Shown: positions 17,764 to 27,111, counted from the first letter of the stretch. The stretch: DNA of 64,000 nucleotides from Actinomycetes bacterium (GCA_025360225.1 JANYCN010000049.1:1555-65554); one strand, 5' to 3'. Program-made: numbers and translations. Notes: generated from the sequence alone by a model not told the origin.

Positions 17764-18951
17764 TTGCTGGCCAACCTTCCGTACCTCGACGTCGCCGACC
17801 CAACCTTCTCCGTCCGCTCGGAGGCCGTACGTGCGGCACGCGAGGCTGGGGCCTACGCACGCACGCCGTACGGGCTGGCGGTGCTGCGGTACGACGAGAC
17901 AAGCCGCCTGATCAAGGATCGCCGGCTGATCCAGGGCAGCGCCGCATGGCCCGCCCACGTTGGTGTCACCGGCCGCTGGGCCGACTGGTGGGGTCGGATC
18001 GTGCTCAACCGTGAGGGCGACGACCACGCCCGGCTTCGCCGCCTGGCGACGCCGGCGTTCGCTCCGGGCCTCGTCCGGGAGATGACGCCGAGCTTCCAGG
18101 CGCTCGGGAACGAGCTGATCGACGGGTTTCACGCGGCCGGCCGGTGCGAGTTCATGGTCGACTTTGCCGAGCCGTACGCGACGCGGGTCGTTGCCCGCCT
18201 CCTCGGCATCCCGGAGACGGAGTGGCGCACGCTCGCCCGCTGGTCGGAGCACGTCGGGCTCGGGCTCGTCGTCAACGCGCGTGATCACGCGACCGAGATG
18301 GAGGCCGCGCTCGATGGGCTGGCTGGGTACGCGGATGACCTGATCGCCGACCGTAAGGCCAAGCCGCGCGAGGACTTCGCGACGCGCCTCGTGCGCTCGA
18401 ACGTCGAGGATGATCGGCTGAGCGACGAGGAGCTGCGCGACATGATCGTGCTACTGATCTTCGGTGGCATTGACACGACGCGCAACCAGCTTGGCCTCGC
18501 CGTCGACACGTTCATCCGCCACCCCGACCAGTGGCAGCTTCTTGCCGAGCGTCCGGAGCTGGCGGCGAGCGCCGTCGAGGAGGTGATGCGCGTGCGTCCG
18601 ACGATCACCTGGACGACGCGCCAGGCGGTCGAGGACTTCGAGTTTGACGGCATCCCGATCGCGAACGGCACGACCATCCACCTGTTCAGCGAGGCGTCGG
18701 GCACCGATCCGCGGGTCGCTGGCGAGCCGGCCGGGTTCGACATCACTGCCGAGGATCGGCCGCGCCACTTCGGCTTCGGCGGTGGGCGTCACTACTGCTT
18801 TGGCCACACGATCGCGCGGGGCGACATGGGCGTCGCCCTGACCCTCCTCGCGAGCCGTCTGAAGGGCATCGCCCACGACGGTGAGCCGTCGTTCCTGCCG
18901 GACTCGGGCAACACCGGCCCCGTGCACCTGCCGATCCGCTTCACCACCTGA
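17764..18951 (+). CDS. Cytochrome P450
   Basis: I-helix LLIFGGIDTTRN, ExxR EEVMRVR, heme loop FGFGGGRHYCFG. TTG start 14 nt after the GntR stop. No ferredoxin or reductase partner is adjacent. Confidence 0.9.
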   Translation: MLANLPYLDVADPTFSVRSEAVRAAREAGAYARTPYGLAVLRYDETSRLIKDRRLIQGSAAWPAHVGVTGRWADWWGRIVLNREGDDHARLRRLATPAFAPGLVREMTPSFQALGNELIDGFHAAGRCEFMVDFAEPYATRVVARLLGIPETEWRTLARWSEHVGLGLVVNARDHATEMEAALDGLAGYADDLIADRKAKPREDFATRLVRSNVEDDRLSDEELRDMIVLLIFGGIDTTRNQLGLAVDTFIRHPDQWQLLAERPELAASAVEEVMRVRPTITWTTRQAVEDFEFDGIPIANGTTIHLFSEASGTDPRVAGEPAGFDITAEDRPRHFGFGGGRHYCFGHTIARGDMGVALTLLASRLKGIAHDGEPSFLPDSGNTGPVHLPIRFTT

Positions 18952-18958
18952 GGGAGAG

Positions 18959-20335
18959 ATGACCGACGCGCTGACCGCCCACCGCGAGCGAAACGTCGCC
19001 GCCAGCCACGAGGTCGCGCGCCGCGTGGCCGACGCCGGCGTCGAGTTCCTCTACTACCAGTTCGTGACGATCAACGGCCGGGTGCTGACGAAGGTCGTCC
19101 CCGCCTCGCACGTGAAGCGCAGCCTCGCGAAGGGCGTGCAGTTCCACGGCTCGGCCGTCGCCGACCTCACGAGCGATCGCGACGGGAACTTGCTCGGCGG
19201 CGGGACGGTCGCGGAGGAGTTCACGGCGCTGCCCGACCCGGACACGTTCCAGGTGCTTCCGTGGGACACCAGCGTCGGGCGGTTCCTGTGTCAGCTGTAC
19301 CGGCGCGACGATGCGCACATCAACCCGGGCGCGCCGCTGGCGACGGACGTGCGCGGGCTGCTGCACCGCTCGCACGCTGCGTTCGAGGCGCGCACCGGCT
19401 ATGAGCTGCGCTCCGGCTGCGAGCCGGAGATGACGTGGCTTGGCGAGTCGATCGAGGTGTACTCGCGCCCTGGCGTCTCCCCTGCCTATCACGCCGGCAG
19501 CCTGGAGACGATGCGGCCGGTGTACCAGCAGCTGATCCGGTACGCGACGGCGATGGGCCTCGACATGGTCGAGGGCGACTACGAGGACGCCGGGCAGCTC
19601 GAGCTGAACTTCATGTTCGATCGCGCCGAGCTGACCGCTGATCGCCTGATCACGTACCGCCAGATCTGCAAGCAGGTCGCGAAGGAGCTCGGCCTGACGG
19701 CGACCTTCATGCCAAAGCCGTCTGCAGGCGTGATGGGCAACGGGTGCCACCACAACCTGTCGTTGTGGCGCGACGGCACGAACCACTTCGAGGAGCCGGG
19801 GCGCCGTGACCTGCACGTGTCGGCGCTGTCGCGCGCCGCGCTCGGCGGTGTCCTGACACACGCTGCAGCGGGCATGGCGGTGTACGCGAGCACCGTCAAC
19901 TCCTACAAGCGCTACTGGGACTGCGGACTGTTCGCCCCGACACACGTCGACTGGGGTCTCGACAACCGCACCTGCACCGTGCGGATCAGCGCGAACGGTC
20001 GGCTGGAGTTCAAGCTGCCAGACTCGATCGTCAACCCGTACCTCTCCCACACGGTGCTGCTCGCCGCGATGGCGGACGGCATCGAGCGCGGCCTCGACCC
20101 CGGCGAGCCGCAGGCAGGCTCAAGCTACGAGGCGGAGGAATCGGACCGTTTCGCGCCGCTACCGCTCACCCTGGGCGACGCGCTGAAGGCGTTCGCGGCG
20201 AGCGATCTCGTCCGGACCGCCCTCGGCGACGACCTGCACGCGCTGTACGCGGAGTACAAGCACGACGAGTGGGCGCGTGCCTGTGGCTCGATCACCGAGT
20301 GGGATCGCGAGATGTACCTGGAGTGGGCACCATGA
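18959..20335 (+). CDS. Glutamine synthetase family protein (gamma-glutamyl ligase-like paralog)
   Basis: Internal ATG of track ORF 18881..20335, with a GGGAGAG RBS-like stretch upstream. GS beta-grasp and catalytic blocks are present (FLYYQFVTINGRV, EPEMTWLG, MPKPSAGVMGNGCHHNLSLW). Confidence 0.8.
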   Translation: MTDALTAHRERNVAASHEVARRVADAGVEFLYYQFVTINGRVLTKVVPASHVKRSLAKGVQFHGSAVADLTSDRDGNLLGGGTVAEEFTALPDPDTFQVLPWDTSVGRFLCQLYRRDDAHINPGAPLATDVRGLLHRSHAAFEARTGYELRSGCEPEMTWLGESIEVYSRPGVSPAYHAGSLETMRPVYQQLIRYATAMGLDMVEGDYEDAGQLELNFMFDRAELTADRLITYRQICKQVAKELGLTATFMPKPSAGVMGNGCHHNLSLWRDGTNHFEEPGRRDLHVSALSRAALGGVLTHAAAGMAVYASTVNSYKRYWDCGLFAPTHVDWGLDNRTCTVRISANGRLEFKLPDSIVNPYLSHTVLLAAMADGIERGLDPGEPQAGSSYEAEESDRFAPLPLTLGDALKAFAASDLVRTALGDDLHALYAEYKHDEWARACGSITEWDREMYLEWAP

Positions 20336-21018
20336 CGCTGCGCCTTGGCTGCATCGACACAGACGCGCCGCCGCTGTTCTCGCGCCAGCGTCCGGACGGC
20401 GTTCGTCCCGGCTACGAGCCGGCGGCAGCGCTGCACCTCTGTGCGCTCGCGGGTCACGACGTCGAGTGGGTGATCCTCGACTGGTCGGACTTCTACCCGG
20501 CGCTCGCCGAGGGCCGGATCGACGCCATCTGGTGCGGGCAGGGCATCACGCCCGCGCGTCAAGCGCTCGGCGACTTCACGACGCCGTACACGATCTTCGA
20601 CGAGTCCGTCGTCGTGCGTGCGGACAACCCGGCGACGGTGATCGCCGACCTCGCGGCGTCCCGCATCGGCGCCATCGCCGGGTCGGCGAACATGCGTCTC
20701 GCCGAGACGTTTCCGGACGTCGAGCTGGTCGCGTTTCCTGGCACGGCAGACGTGTTCGGCGACATGATCGCCGCGCTGCGTGCCGGCGAGATCGACGGCT
20801 TCGTCGACGACGACGTCGCGATGATCCCGCTCGACGACGAGCCCGACCTGCGCCTCGCGTTCACCGTCGCCACACGTCTTCCGTGGGGCGCAGTCGTTCG
20901 CACCGGTAACGACGCCCTACGAGCAAGCCTCGACGACGCGATCGCGCGCGCGGTCAACGATGGCAGCCTCGCCACCATCTGGCGCGAGTGGATCCCCGGG
21001 CTAGCGTTTCCGCTGTAA
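20332..21018 (+). CDS. Type-2 periplasmic-binding-protein-fold protein without a signal peptide
   Basis: ATG 20332 overlaps the GS-like stop (ATGA). Reads LRLGCIDTDAPPLF...DWSDFYPALAEGRIDAIWCGQGITPARQALGDFTTPY. No N-terminal hydrophobic leader. Stop TAA 21016..21018 falls inside a GTAAG motif at the edge of the IS scar. Confidence 0.7.
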   Translation: MTLRLGCIDTDAPPLFSRQRPDGVRPGYEPAAALHLCALAGHDVEWVILDWSDFYPALAEGRIDAIWCGQGITPARQALGDFTTPYTIFDESVVVRADNPATVIADLAASRIGAIAGSANMRLAETFPDVELVAFPGTADVFGDMIAALRAGEIDGFVDDDVAMIPLDDEPDLRLAFTVATRLPWGAVVRTGNDALRASLDDAIARAVNDGSLATIWREWIPGLAFPL

Positions 21019-21019
21019 G
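21010..21019 (+). repeat. CCGCTGTAAG, left copy of a 10-bp direct repeat bounding the IS-remnant region
   Basis: Identical 10-mer at 22033..22042. Both copies continue as GTAAG(G/C)GCG. Confidence 0.6.
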
Positions 21020-21470
21020 GGCGCCGTGCTCGCGCTGGTCGAGGCAGCACTCAACCACGGAGCGTGTTGGCGGTCACGCTGCTTGCGTCCAGCGCCGTGA
21101 GGGCGGCGCCGTCTGGCCATCCGGTCGTGAGCCAGCGCTCCGGCTCGTGATCGGTCGGTGTGAGCAGGCCCGCCCGTGACGCGAACCGCGCCATCCCAGG
21201 GAACCGGGCCGCCGACGATGTCGACCCATGCGTCGTTCTCGCCCCGCGCGACGACGATGCTCTGCACGCGAGGTACGAGCGCCGGGCCGCTCTCGGTCCA
21301 GATGGCGGCGTGGACGATGGTTCCGTCGTCGCTGCGCGATACCCAGGGCGCGCCGACGTTGACGATGGAGCCGTCAGCGACGTACTGCGGCACGATGATG
21401 TCCCGCTGGGCCCGGTAGTCGCCGGCGTCGGTGATAGCAACCAGAAGACGAAGCGGCGCTCGCTTGGCGT

Positions 21471-21917
21471 CGGGATCTCCGACTCCTGATGGCGCTCAAC
21501 AACCGCATCGTCGCCGTCGCTGAGCGGCGCGCCGCAAACGCGACACCGGTCGGGCCCGACAAGGACAACCTCGTCCGGCTCCGCGAAGATCATCCGCGTG
21601 TGCCCTTCGTGCCCGGCCTGACCACCCCGCGACCGACCAGACGACGCGCGCGCTGGACGCTGCGGCACCGAAGGCCCATCCGACCACGGCGGCAGATGCG
21701 ACGCCTCACTCGACCGTCCAAGACGACGCTCCAGCTCCTGAACGCGCGCCTCAAGCACCCGCGTGCGCTCCCCGAAGCTCCGCGTTCTGCGCCTCGGGCT
21801 CGACGTTGCGGGCAACGAGCGCGTCGACCCGGAGAAGCAGATCGACAACCAACGACGGCTGATCGCGAACGAGACGCTCGGCAAAGACGCGGTCCACAAC
21901 GCCGCATTCGCCGCCAC
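21471..21917 (-). pseudogene. IS66-family transposase (TnpC) N-terminal remnant, truncated and frameshifted
   Basis: Track ORF 21051..21917 reads RVLEARVQELERRLGRSSEASHLPPWSDG...GRSRGGQAGHEGHTRMIFAEPDEVVLVGPDRCRVCGAPL...ERHQESEIP. This matches the leucine-zipper / SSxPPSSDG / GGQPGHxGHTR / CxxCG / RHQxxEIP N-terminus of IS66 TnpC, after which similarity stops. The QNAELR stretch just upstream is in another frame. Confidence 0.7.
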
Positions 21918-22032
21918 CCCACCCGGTCCCTTCTCACTTACAAACCATATTTTCGAGGCGAATCAGACACCTAGAACGCCGGAAACGGAACTCCCTCCTG
22001 ACCCCCTGAACGCGTACCCGAAGCCATGCCCG

Positions 22033-22042
22033 CCGCTGTAAG
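22033..22042 (+). repeat. CCGCTGTAAG, right copy of the 10-bp direct repeat
   Basis: Identical to 21010..21019. Followed by GTAAGCGCGGTTGCG, which resembles the canonical IS66 terminal GTAAGCG. Confidence 0.6.
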
Positions 22043-22185
22043 CGCGGTTGCGCAAACGGTCGCGAGAACGACCGCGACGGCGCTCCATCCACCGATACCC
22101 CGCAACATGAACCTGCCCATCGCGACACCTCTTCGGACGTGAACGCCCGGCCATTGCTACCAGAGGTGAAGACGCTGCGAGCGAT

Positions 22186-22195
22186 CCCCCCCCCC
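22186..22195 (+). repeat. Homopolymeric C10 tract
   Basis: gcgatCCCCCCCCCCtgtcc, counted directly. It lies 113 nt upstream of the purD start in the lower-GC scar region. Confidence 0.9.
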
Positions 22196-22307
22196 TGTCC
22201 AGGAGAAACTTCACGCAAATTGCGGACTTCTGATCGAGGCCTCGAGGCATCGGCCGCACAGGCATGCGGCAGGCGGGTGCGCCGCCGGACACGTTACGAT
22301 CGGCAGC

Positions 22308-23558
22308 GTGGATGTCCTGATCGTTGGATCCGGCGGACGCGAGCACGCCTTGGCGGCGGCGATCGCGGGCAGCCCGCTCTGTGGCGCGCTGCACGCGGCG
22401 CCCGGCAACCCAGGCATTGCCGCCGTCGCTCGCTGCCACCCCGTCGCCGCTGCCGACGTGGACGGTCTCGTCGCGCTCGCGCACGACCTCGCGGTCGAGC
22501 TTGTCGTCGTCGGACCCGAGGTCGCGCTCGTCGCAGGGCTCGCCGACGCGCTCCGTCACGCGGGCATCGCGACCTTCGGCCCGGGAGCGGCAGGCGCGCG
22601 GCTCGAGGGGTCGAAGGCGTTCGCGAAGGAGGTCATGCTCTCCGCGGGTGTGCCGACGGCGCGCGGCCTGACCGCGATCACCGCTGAGGAGGCGTTGGCC
22701 GCCATCGCGACGCTCGGCGGCCGTGTCGTCGTCAAGGCCGACGGGCTCGCCGCCGGGAAAGGCGTCATCGTCTGCGACGACACCACACAGGCCGAGTCGG
22801 CAGTCGCCACGCTGGCCGGCCAGCCGCTCGTCATCGAAGAACGGCTCGACGGCGTCGAGGTCTCGCTCCTTGCCCTCTGCCACGGCGAGGTCGCCGTCGC
22901 GCTCCCGCCCGCACGCGACGCAAAGCCCCTCTTCGACGACGACCAGGGGCCCAACACCGGCGGCATGGGAGCCTGCTCACCGGTCGCCGGACTGGACGCA
23001 GCCACGGTCGACGCGTTGGTCGCGTCGATCCACGTGCCGGTCCTGCGCGAGCTCGCACGCCGCGGAGTGTCGTTCTCCGGATGCCTGTACGCCGGACTGA
23101 TGCTGACCGCCGACGGTCCGCGCGTGCTCGAGTTCAACACCCGCTTCGGTGACCCCGAGACACAGGCAGTCGTGCCGCGCATCGCCGAGGACCTGCTGAC
23201 CGTGCTCCACGCCACTGCCGTCGGGACGCTCGAGCAGCGCCCGCTCGCCGTCCACCCGGGCGGGTCCGTCGCGGTGGTCCTCGCCGCCGCCGGCTATCCC
23301 GACACACCGCGCGCCGGGGACGAGATCACCGGCGTCGCCGACGCAGCCGACCTCGCAGACATCTATCACGCGGGAACGGCGCTGCGCAACGGTCGCCTCG
23401 TCACCGCCGGCGGGCGCGTGCTTGCCGTCTCCGCGGTCGGACCGTCAGTGGACGACGCTGGACGGACGGTCTACGAGGCACTGGCGAGGATCACCTTCAC
23501 CGGCATGCAGTGGCGCAGCGACATCGCCGCCCGCGCGGGTACCCTGCCCGGGCAGTGA
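22308..23558 (+). CDS. purD: Phosphoribosylamine-glycine ligase
   Basis: VDVLIVGSGGREHALA N-terminus and ATP-grasp blocks. GTG start. Confidence 0.95.
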   Translation: MDVLIVGSGGREHALAAAIAGSPLCGALHAAPGNPGIAAVARCHPVAAADVDGLVALAHDLAVELVVVGPEVALVAGLADALRHAGIATFGPGAAGARLEGSKAFAKEVMLSAGVPTARGLTAITAEEALAAIATLGGRVVVKADGLAAGKGVIVCDDTTQAESAVATLAGQPLVIEERLDGVEVSLLALCHGEVAVALPPARDAKPLFDDDQGPNTGGMGACSPVAGLDAATVDALVASIHVPVLRELARRGVSFSGCLYAGLMLTADGPRVLEFNTRFGDPETQAVVPRIAEDLLTVLHATAVGTLEQRPLAVHPGGSVAVVLAAAGYPDTPRAGDEITGVADAADLADIYHAGTALRNGRLVTAGGRVLAVSAVGPSVDDAGRTVYEALARITFTGMQWRSDIAARAGTLPGQ

Positions 23559-24880
23559 TCGCCCGCTACACCCGTCCCGAGATCGGCGCCGTCTGGACGG
23601 ACGAACGGCGGCTCGAGTGCTGGCTTGCCGTCGAGCTCGCGGCGCTCGACGGCTGGGTCGAGCTCGACGTCGTCCCTGCCGACGCCGTCCTGGCAATCCG
23701 CAACGGCGCCCGGGTCGACGTGGCGCGGGCGAAGGAGATCGAGCGGCGCACCAACCACGACGTGATCGCCTTCACGGAGACGATCGCCGAGCAGGTTGGC
23801 GAGCCGGCGCGCTGGTTCCACTACGGCCTCACCTCGTCGGACGTCGGCGACACCGGCCTCGCGTTGCAGCTGCGCCAGGCCGGCGAGCTGATCAGCGCGA
23901 CGCTCGACCGAGCGATCACGGCCGTCCACGCACGCGCCAACGAGCACCGCGACACGCCATGCATGGGACGCACGCACGGCGTGCACGCCGAGCCGACAAC
24001 GTTCGGCCTGAAGCTGCTCGGCTGGGCACACCAGCTCGAGCGCGACCGCGAGCGGCTGGCGACGGCGTTCACTGAGGTCGCGGTTGCAAAGCTCTCCGGA
24101 GCTGTCGGGGCGTACGGCAACATCGATCCGCGCGTCGAGGCGCACGTCGCCGCGACGCTCGGGCTGGCGATCGAGAACGCCGCGACCCAGGTGGTGGCAC
24201 GCGATCGCCACGCCGCGCTGCTCGGCGCGATCGCGATCTGTGGGTCGAGCCTCGACCGCTTCGCGACGGAGATCCGACACCTGCAACGGACCGAGGTGCG
24301 CGAGGCGGAGGAGCCGTTCGGCAAGGGCCAGAAGGGCTCGTCAGCGATGCCCCACAAGCGCAACCCGATCACCTGCGAGCGCATCTCCGGTCTCGCCCGG
24401 GTGCTGCGCGCGAACGCGATCGTCGGCCTCGAGAACGTGCCGCTCTGGCACGAGCGCGACATCAGCCACTCCTCTGCCGAGCGGGTCGTGCTGGCCGACT
24501 CGACGATCCTCCTCGACTACCTGCTCGACCGCTTCACGTGGGTCGTCGAGGGACTCGTGGTGCGGCCCGACCGCATGTTGCGCAACATCGGGGCGTCACA
24601 CGGCCTCGCGTTCTCCGGGCGGGTCCTGCTCGCGCTGGTCGAGGCGGGACTCAGCCGCGAGGCGGCCTACGAGGTCGTGCAGCGCACCGCAATGCAGGCA
24701 TGGGAACAGGAGCACGACTTCCGTTCGCTGCTGCAGGCCGACCCCGCGCTCGCTGCCGTGCCCGCCGCCGCGCTCGATCACGCCTTCGACCTGTCCGCCT
24801 TCCTCGCGAACGCCCGCGTCCCGTTCGAACGGGCCGCCGCCGCCCCCGACCCGGAGCCCGCCCATGCCCGCCCTCGCTGA
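23555..24880 (+). CDS. purB: Adenylosuccinate lyase
   Basis: GTG 23555 overlaps the purD stop (GTGA). Reads IARYTRPEIGAVWTDE..., signature GSSAMPHKRNP. Confidence 0.95.
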   Translation: MIARYTRPEIGAVWTDERRLECWLAVELAALDGWVELDVVPADAVLAIRNGARVDVARAKEIERRTNHDVIAFTETIAEQVGEPARWFHYGLTSSDVGDTGLALQLRQAGELISATLDRAITAVHARANEHRDTPCMGRTHGVHAEPTTFGLKLLGWAHQLERDRERLATAFTEVAVAKLSGAVGAYGNIDPRVEAHVAATLGLAIENAATQVVARDRHAALLGAIAICGSSLDRFATEIRHLQRTEVREAEEPFGKGQKGSSAMPHKRNPITCERISGLARVLRANAIVGLENVPLWHERDISHSSAERVVLADSTILLDYLLDRFTWVVEGLVVRPDRMLRNIGASHGLAFSGRVLLALVEAGLSREAAYEVVQRTAMQAWEQEHDFRSLLQADPALAAVPAAALDHAFDLSAFLANARVPFERAAAAPDPEPAHARPR

Positions 24881-25763
24881 CCTGCTCGTCGCCACCGGCA
24901 AGGTGCGCGACATCTACGACCTCGGCGGCGGCGCCCTTCTGCTCGTCGCGAGCGATCGCATCTCGGCGTTCGACGTCGTGCTGCCAACGCCGATTCCCGA
25001 CAAGGGTCGGGTGCTCACCGGGATGACCCGGTTCTGGCTCGATCGCACCCAGCACATCGTCCCGAACCACATGCTCGGGCTCGCGCCGCGCGAGCTGCCG
25101 GAGATCGCGCGAGCACCCGAGCTCGCAGGGCGCGCGATGCTGTGCCGCAAGCTAACGATGCTCCCCGTCGAGTGCGTCGTGCGCGGCTACCTGGTCGGAT
25201 CGGGCTGGAAGGACTACCGCACGACCGGCGCCGTCTCGGGCCATGCGCTGCCGGCCGGGCTGGAGGAGGCGTGCGAGCTCCCTGAACCGCTGTTCACCCC
25301 GTCGACGAAGGCCGCGGTCGGGCTGCACGACGAGAACATCACCGGCGCACAGGCCGCGTCGCTCGTCGGCAGCGAGCGATTCGCCGAGCTCGAGCGTGTC
25401 TCGATCGCGCTCTACCGTTTCGCCGCTAAGCATGCCCGTGCGCGGGGGATCATCCTCGCAGACACGAAGTTCGAGCTGGGGATCGATGAGGACGGTGCGC
25501 TGGTGCTAGCCGACGAGGTGCTGACGCCGGACTCCTCGCGCTACTGGCCGCTCGACGGGTACCGCACAGGGATCTCGCCGCCGAGCTTCGACAAGCAGTA
25601 CGTCCGCGACTACCTCGAGACGCTCGCCTGGGGCAAGACGGCACCGGGCCCCGACCTGCCCGACGACGTCGTGACGGGCACCGCGGGACGCTACCGCGAC
25701 GCCTACGAGCGGATCACCGGCGAGTCGTTCGCGAGCTACCTGACGGAGATGGGCGTCCGATGA
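24864..25763 (+). CDS. purC: Phosphoribosylaminoimidazole-succinocarboxamide synthase
   Basis: Internal ATG of track ORF 24084..25763. Reads GKVRDIYDLGGGALLLVASDRISAFDVV. Overlaps the purB 3' end by 17 nt. Confidence 0.93.
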   Translation: MPALADLLVATGKVRDIYDLGGGALLLVASDRISAFDVVLPTPIPDKGRVLTGMTRFWLDRTQHIVPNHMLGLAPRELPEIARAPELAGRAMLCRKLTMLPVECVVRGYLVGSGWKDYRTTGAVSGHALPAGLEEACELPEPLFTPSTKAAVGLHDENITGAQAASLVGSERFAELERVSIALYRFAAKHARARGIILADTKFELGIDEDGALVLADEVLTPDSSRYWPLDGYRTGISPPSFDKQYVRDYLETLAWGKTAPGPDLPDDVVTGTAGRYRDAYERITGESFASYLTEMGVR

Positions 25764-26002
25764 TCGGCGTCACGGTCGTCGTCCGCGGCAAGGACGGCAT
25801 TCTCGACCCACAGGGCGGCTCGATCGAGCGATCACTGACGACCCTCGGCTACACGGTCGGCGGGGTACGGGCCGGCAAGGTGTTCGACCTCGTGATCGAC
25901 GCGCCCGATGCCACAACGGCGGAGGCAACGGCACGCGAGATCGCCGAGCGCGTGCTCGCGAACCCGCTGATGGAGCGCTATGACGTGACGGTCCACGCCT
26001 GA
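25760..26002 (+). CDS. purS: FGAM synthase subunit PurS
   Basis: 80 aa, reads VVVRGKDGILDPQGGSIERSLTTLGY. ATGA overlap with purC. Confidence 0.9.
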   Translation: MIGVTVVVRGKDGILDPQGGSIERSLTTLGYTVGGVRAGKVFDLVIDAPDATTAEATAREIAERVLANPLMERYDVTVHA

Positions 26003-26655
26003 TGCGCGTCGGTGTCGTGACGTTCCCTGGCACGTGCGATGACCGTGACGCGCGTCGCGCCGTCGAGCTCTGCGGCGGCGTTGCGGTCACGCTCTGGCAC
26101 GGATCGAACGACCTGGACGACGTCGACGGCGTCTTCCTGCCCGGCGGGTTCTCCTACGGCGACCACCTGCGCTGCGGCGCGCTCGCGCGCTTCTCGCCCG
26201 TGATGGGTGCGATCTCGGCGTTCGCAGCAGCCGGCGGCCCGGTGCTCGGCGTGTGCAACGGCTTCCAGGTGCTGTGCGAGGCCGGGCTCCTGCCGGGCGT
26301 CCTACGTGCCAACCACCACGGACGCTTCAACTGCCTGGAGGCCGATCTCGTCGTCGAACGCGCGTCAGCCTGGACGGGAGCGTTCAGCGCCGGCGACACG
26401 ATACGCGTGCCGCTGAAGCACGGCGAGGGTGCGTGGTACGCGTCTGACGACGACCTCCGAGAGCTCGAGGCGGCCGGGCAGGTCCTCCTGCGCTACGCCG
26501 ACGACGTGAACGGCGCAACCGGACGCGTCGCGGGCGTGTGCAACGCCGAGGGCAACGTGTTCGGCCTCATGCCGCACCCGGAGCACGCCGTCGAGGCGCT
26601 GATCGGCTCGACCGACGGACGCGCCATCGTCAGCGGCGTCCTGTCGGGCGGCTAG
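26002..26655 (+). CDS. purQ: FGAM synthase glutamine amidotransferase subunit
   Basis: MRVGVVTFPGTCDDRDA..., nucleophile elbow GVCNGFQVL, MPHPE. Confidence 0.93.
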   Translation: MRVGVVTFPGTCDDRDARRAVELCGGVAVTLWHGSNDLDDVDGVFLPGGFSYGDHLRCGALARFSPVMGAISAFAAAGGPVLGVCNGFQVLCEAGLLPGVLRANHHGRFNCLEADLVVERASAWTGAFSAGDTIRVPLKHGEGAWYASDDDLRELEAAGQVLLRYADDVNGATGRVAGVCNAEGNVFGLMPHPEHAVEALIGSTDGRAIVSGVLSGG

Positions 26656-26676
26656 CCCGCTCGACCCGAGCGAAGA

Positions 26677-27021
26677 TGGCATCGCGCGACGAAGGAAGTC
26701 GTCGAACAGCGGCACCGTAAACGCCGTCTCGCCGTGGGCAGGGCTATAGACCATGCCCTTCCGGATAGGCCCCGCGCGGCGAGCGGCGACGCTCTCAACC
26801 TTCACGCCGGGCGCAGCGGCGACGTCGCCGCTGCGGTGCGGGCCGGGCCCGAGGGCGGCCATCGCACGCAGGTAGTCGCGCTCCTTACGGGCCAACCGAT
26901 CGAGACGGACGCGAAAGAAGTCTCGCTCGAGCGCCGAGCGCACCGCCGGCCGGATCGCGCGGACATCCGCGAGCGCGATCGGTGAGGCGACCGCCTGGTT
27001 CCAGGCGTGGGCGGTAGGGGT
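26677..27021 (-). pseudogene. C-terminal remnant of an AAA-type ATP-binding protein (wHTH tail only)
   Basis: My own translation gives AWNQAVASPIALADVRAIRPAVRSALERDFFRVRLDRLARKERDYLRAMAALGPGPHRSGDVAAA...KGMVYSPAHGETAFTVPLFDDFLRRAMP. This resembles the C-terminus of roughly 400-aa actinobacterial ATPases. An in-frame TGA at 27024..27022 cuts it off upstream, and there is no stop of its own before it runs antisense into purQ. Confidence 0.4.
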
Positions 27022-27111
27022 TCACCAGCTCGTCCACGGTTTGATACCTGCGGCGCGGTCCGACCATCCCACCAGCGGTTGAGGAAACGGACCCGCTGGC
27101 CGATACCGCGG

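Noticed and set aside
21051-21440. Coding-looking minus-strand fragments (LVAITDAGDYRAQRDIIVPQYVADGSIVNVGAPW... and ...LLTPTDHEPERWLTTGWPDGAALTALD) as an intact gene
   Set aside because: The pieces lie in two frames with no start, fused to the IS66 remnant, and I cannot assign a family. I treat them as debris of a disrupted gene.
21948-21957. AT-rich 10-mer TATTTTCGAG shared with 39068..39077 (13 of 14 matching with flanks)
   Set aside because: It is striking in GC-rich DNA but too short to interpret. At 39068 it may simply be a TAnnnT -10 box for the PIG-L gene.
22043-22307. Purine or ZTP-type riboswitch upstream of purD (also looked at 28600..29110 upstream of purL)
   Set aside because: I could not recognise the conserved cores by eye, and the purD upstream region looks like IS debris. 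They cannot be excluded without Infernal.
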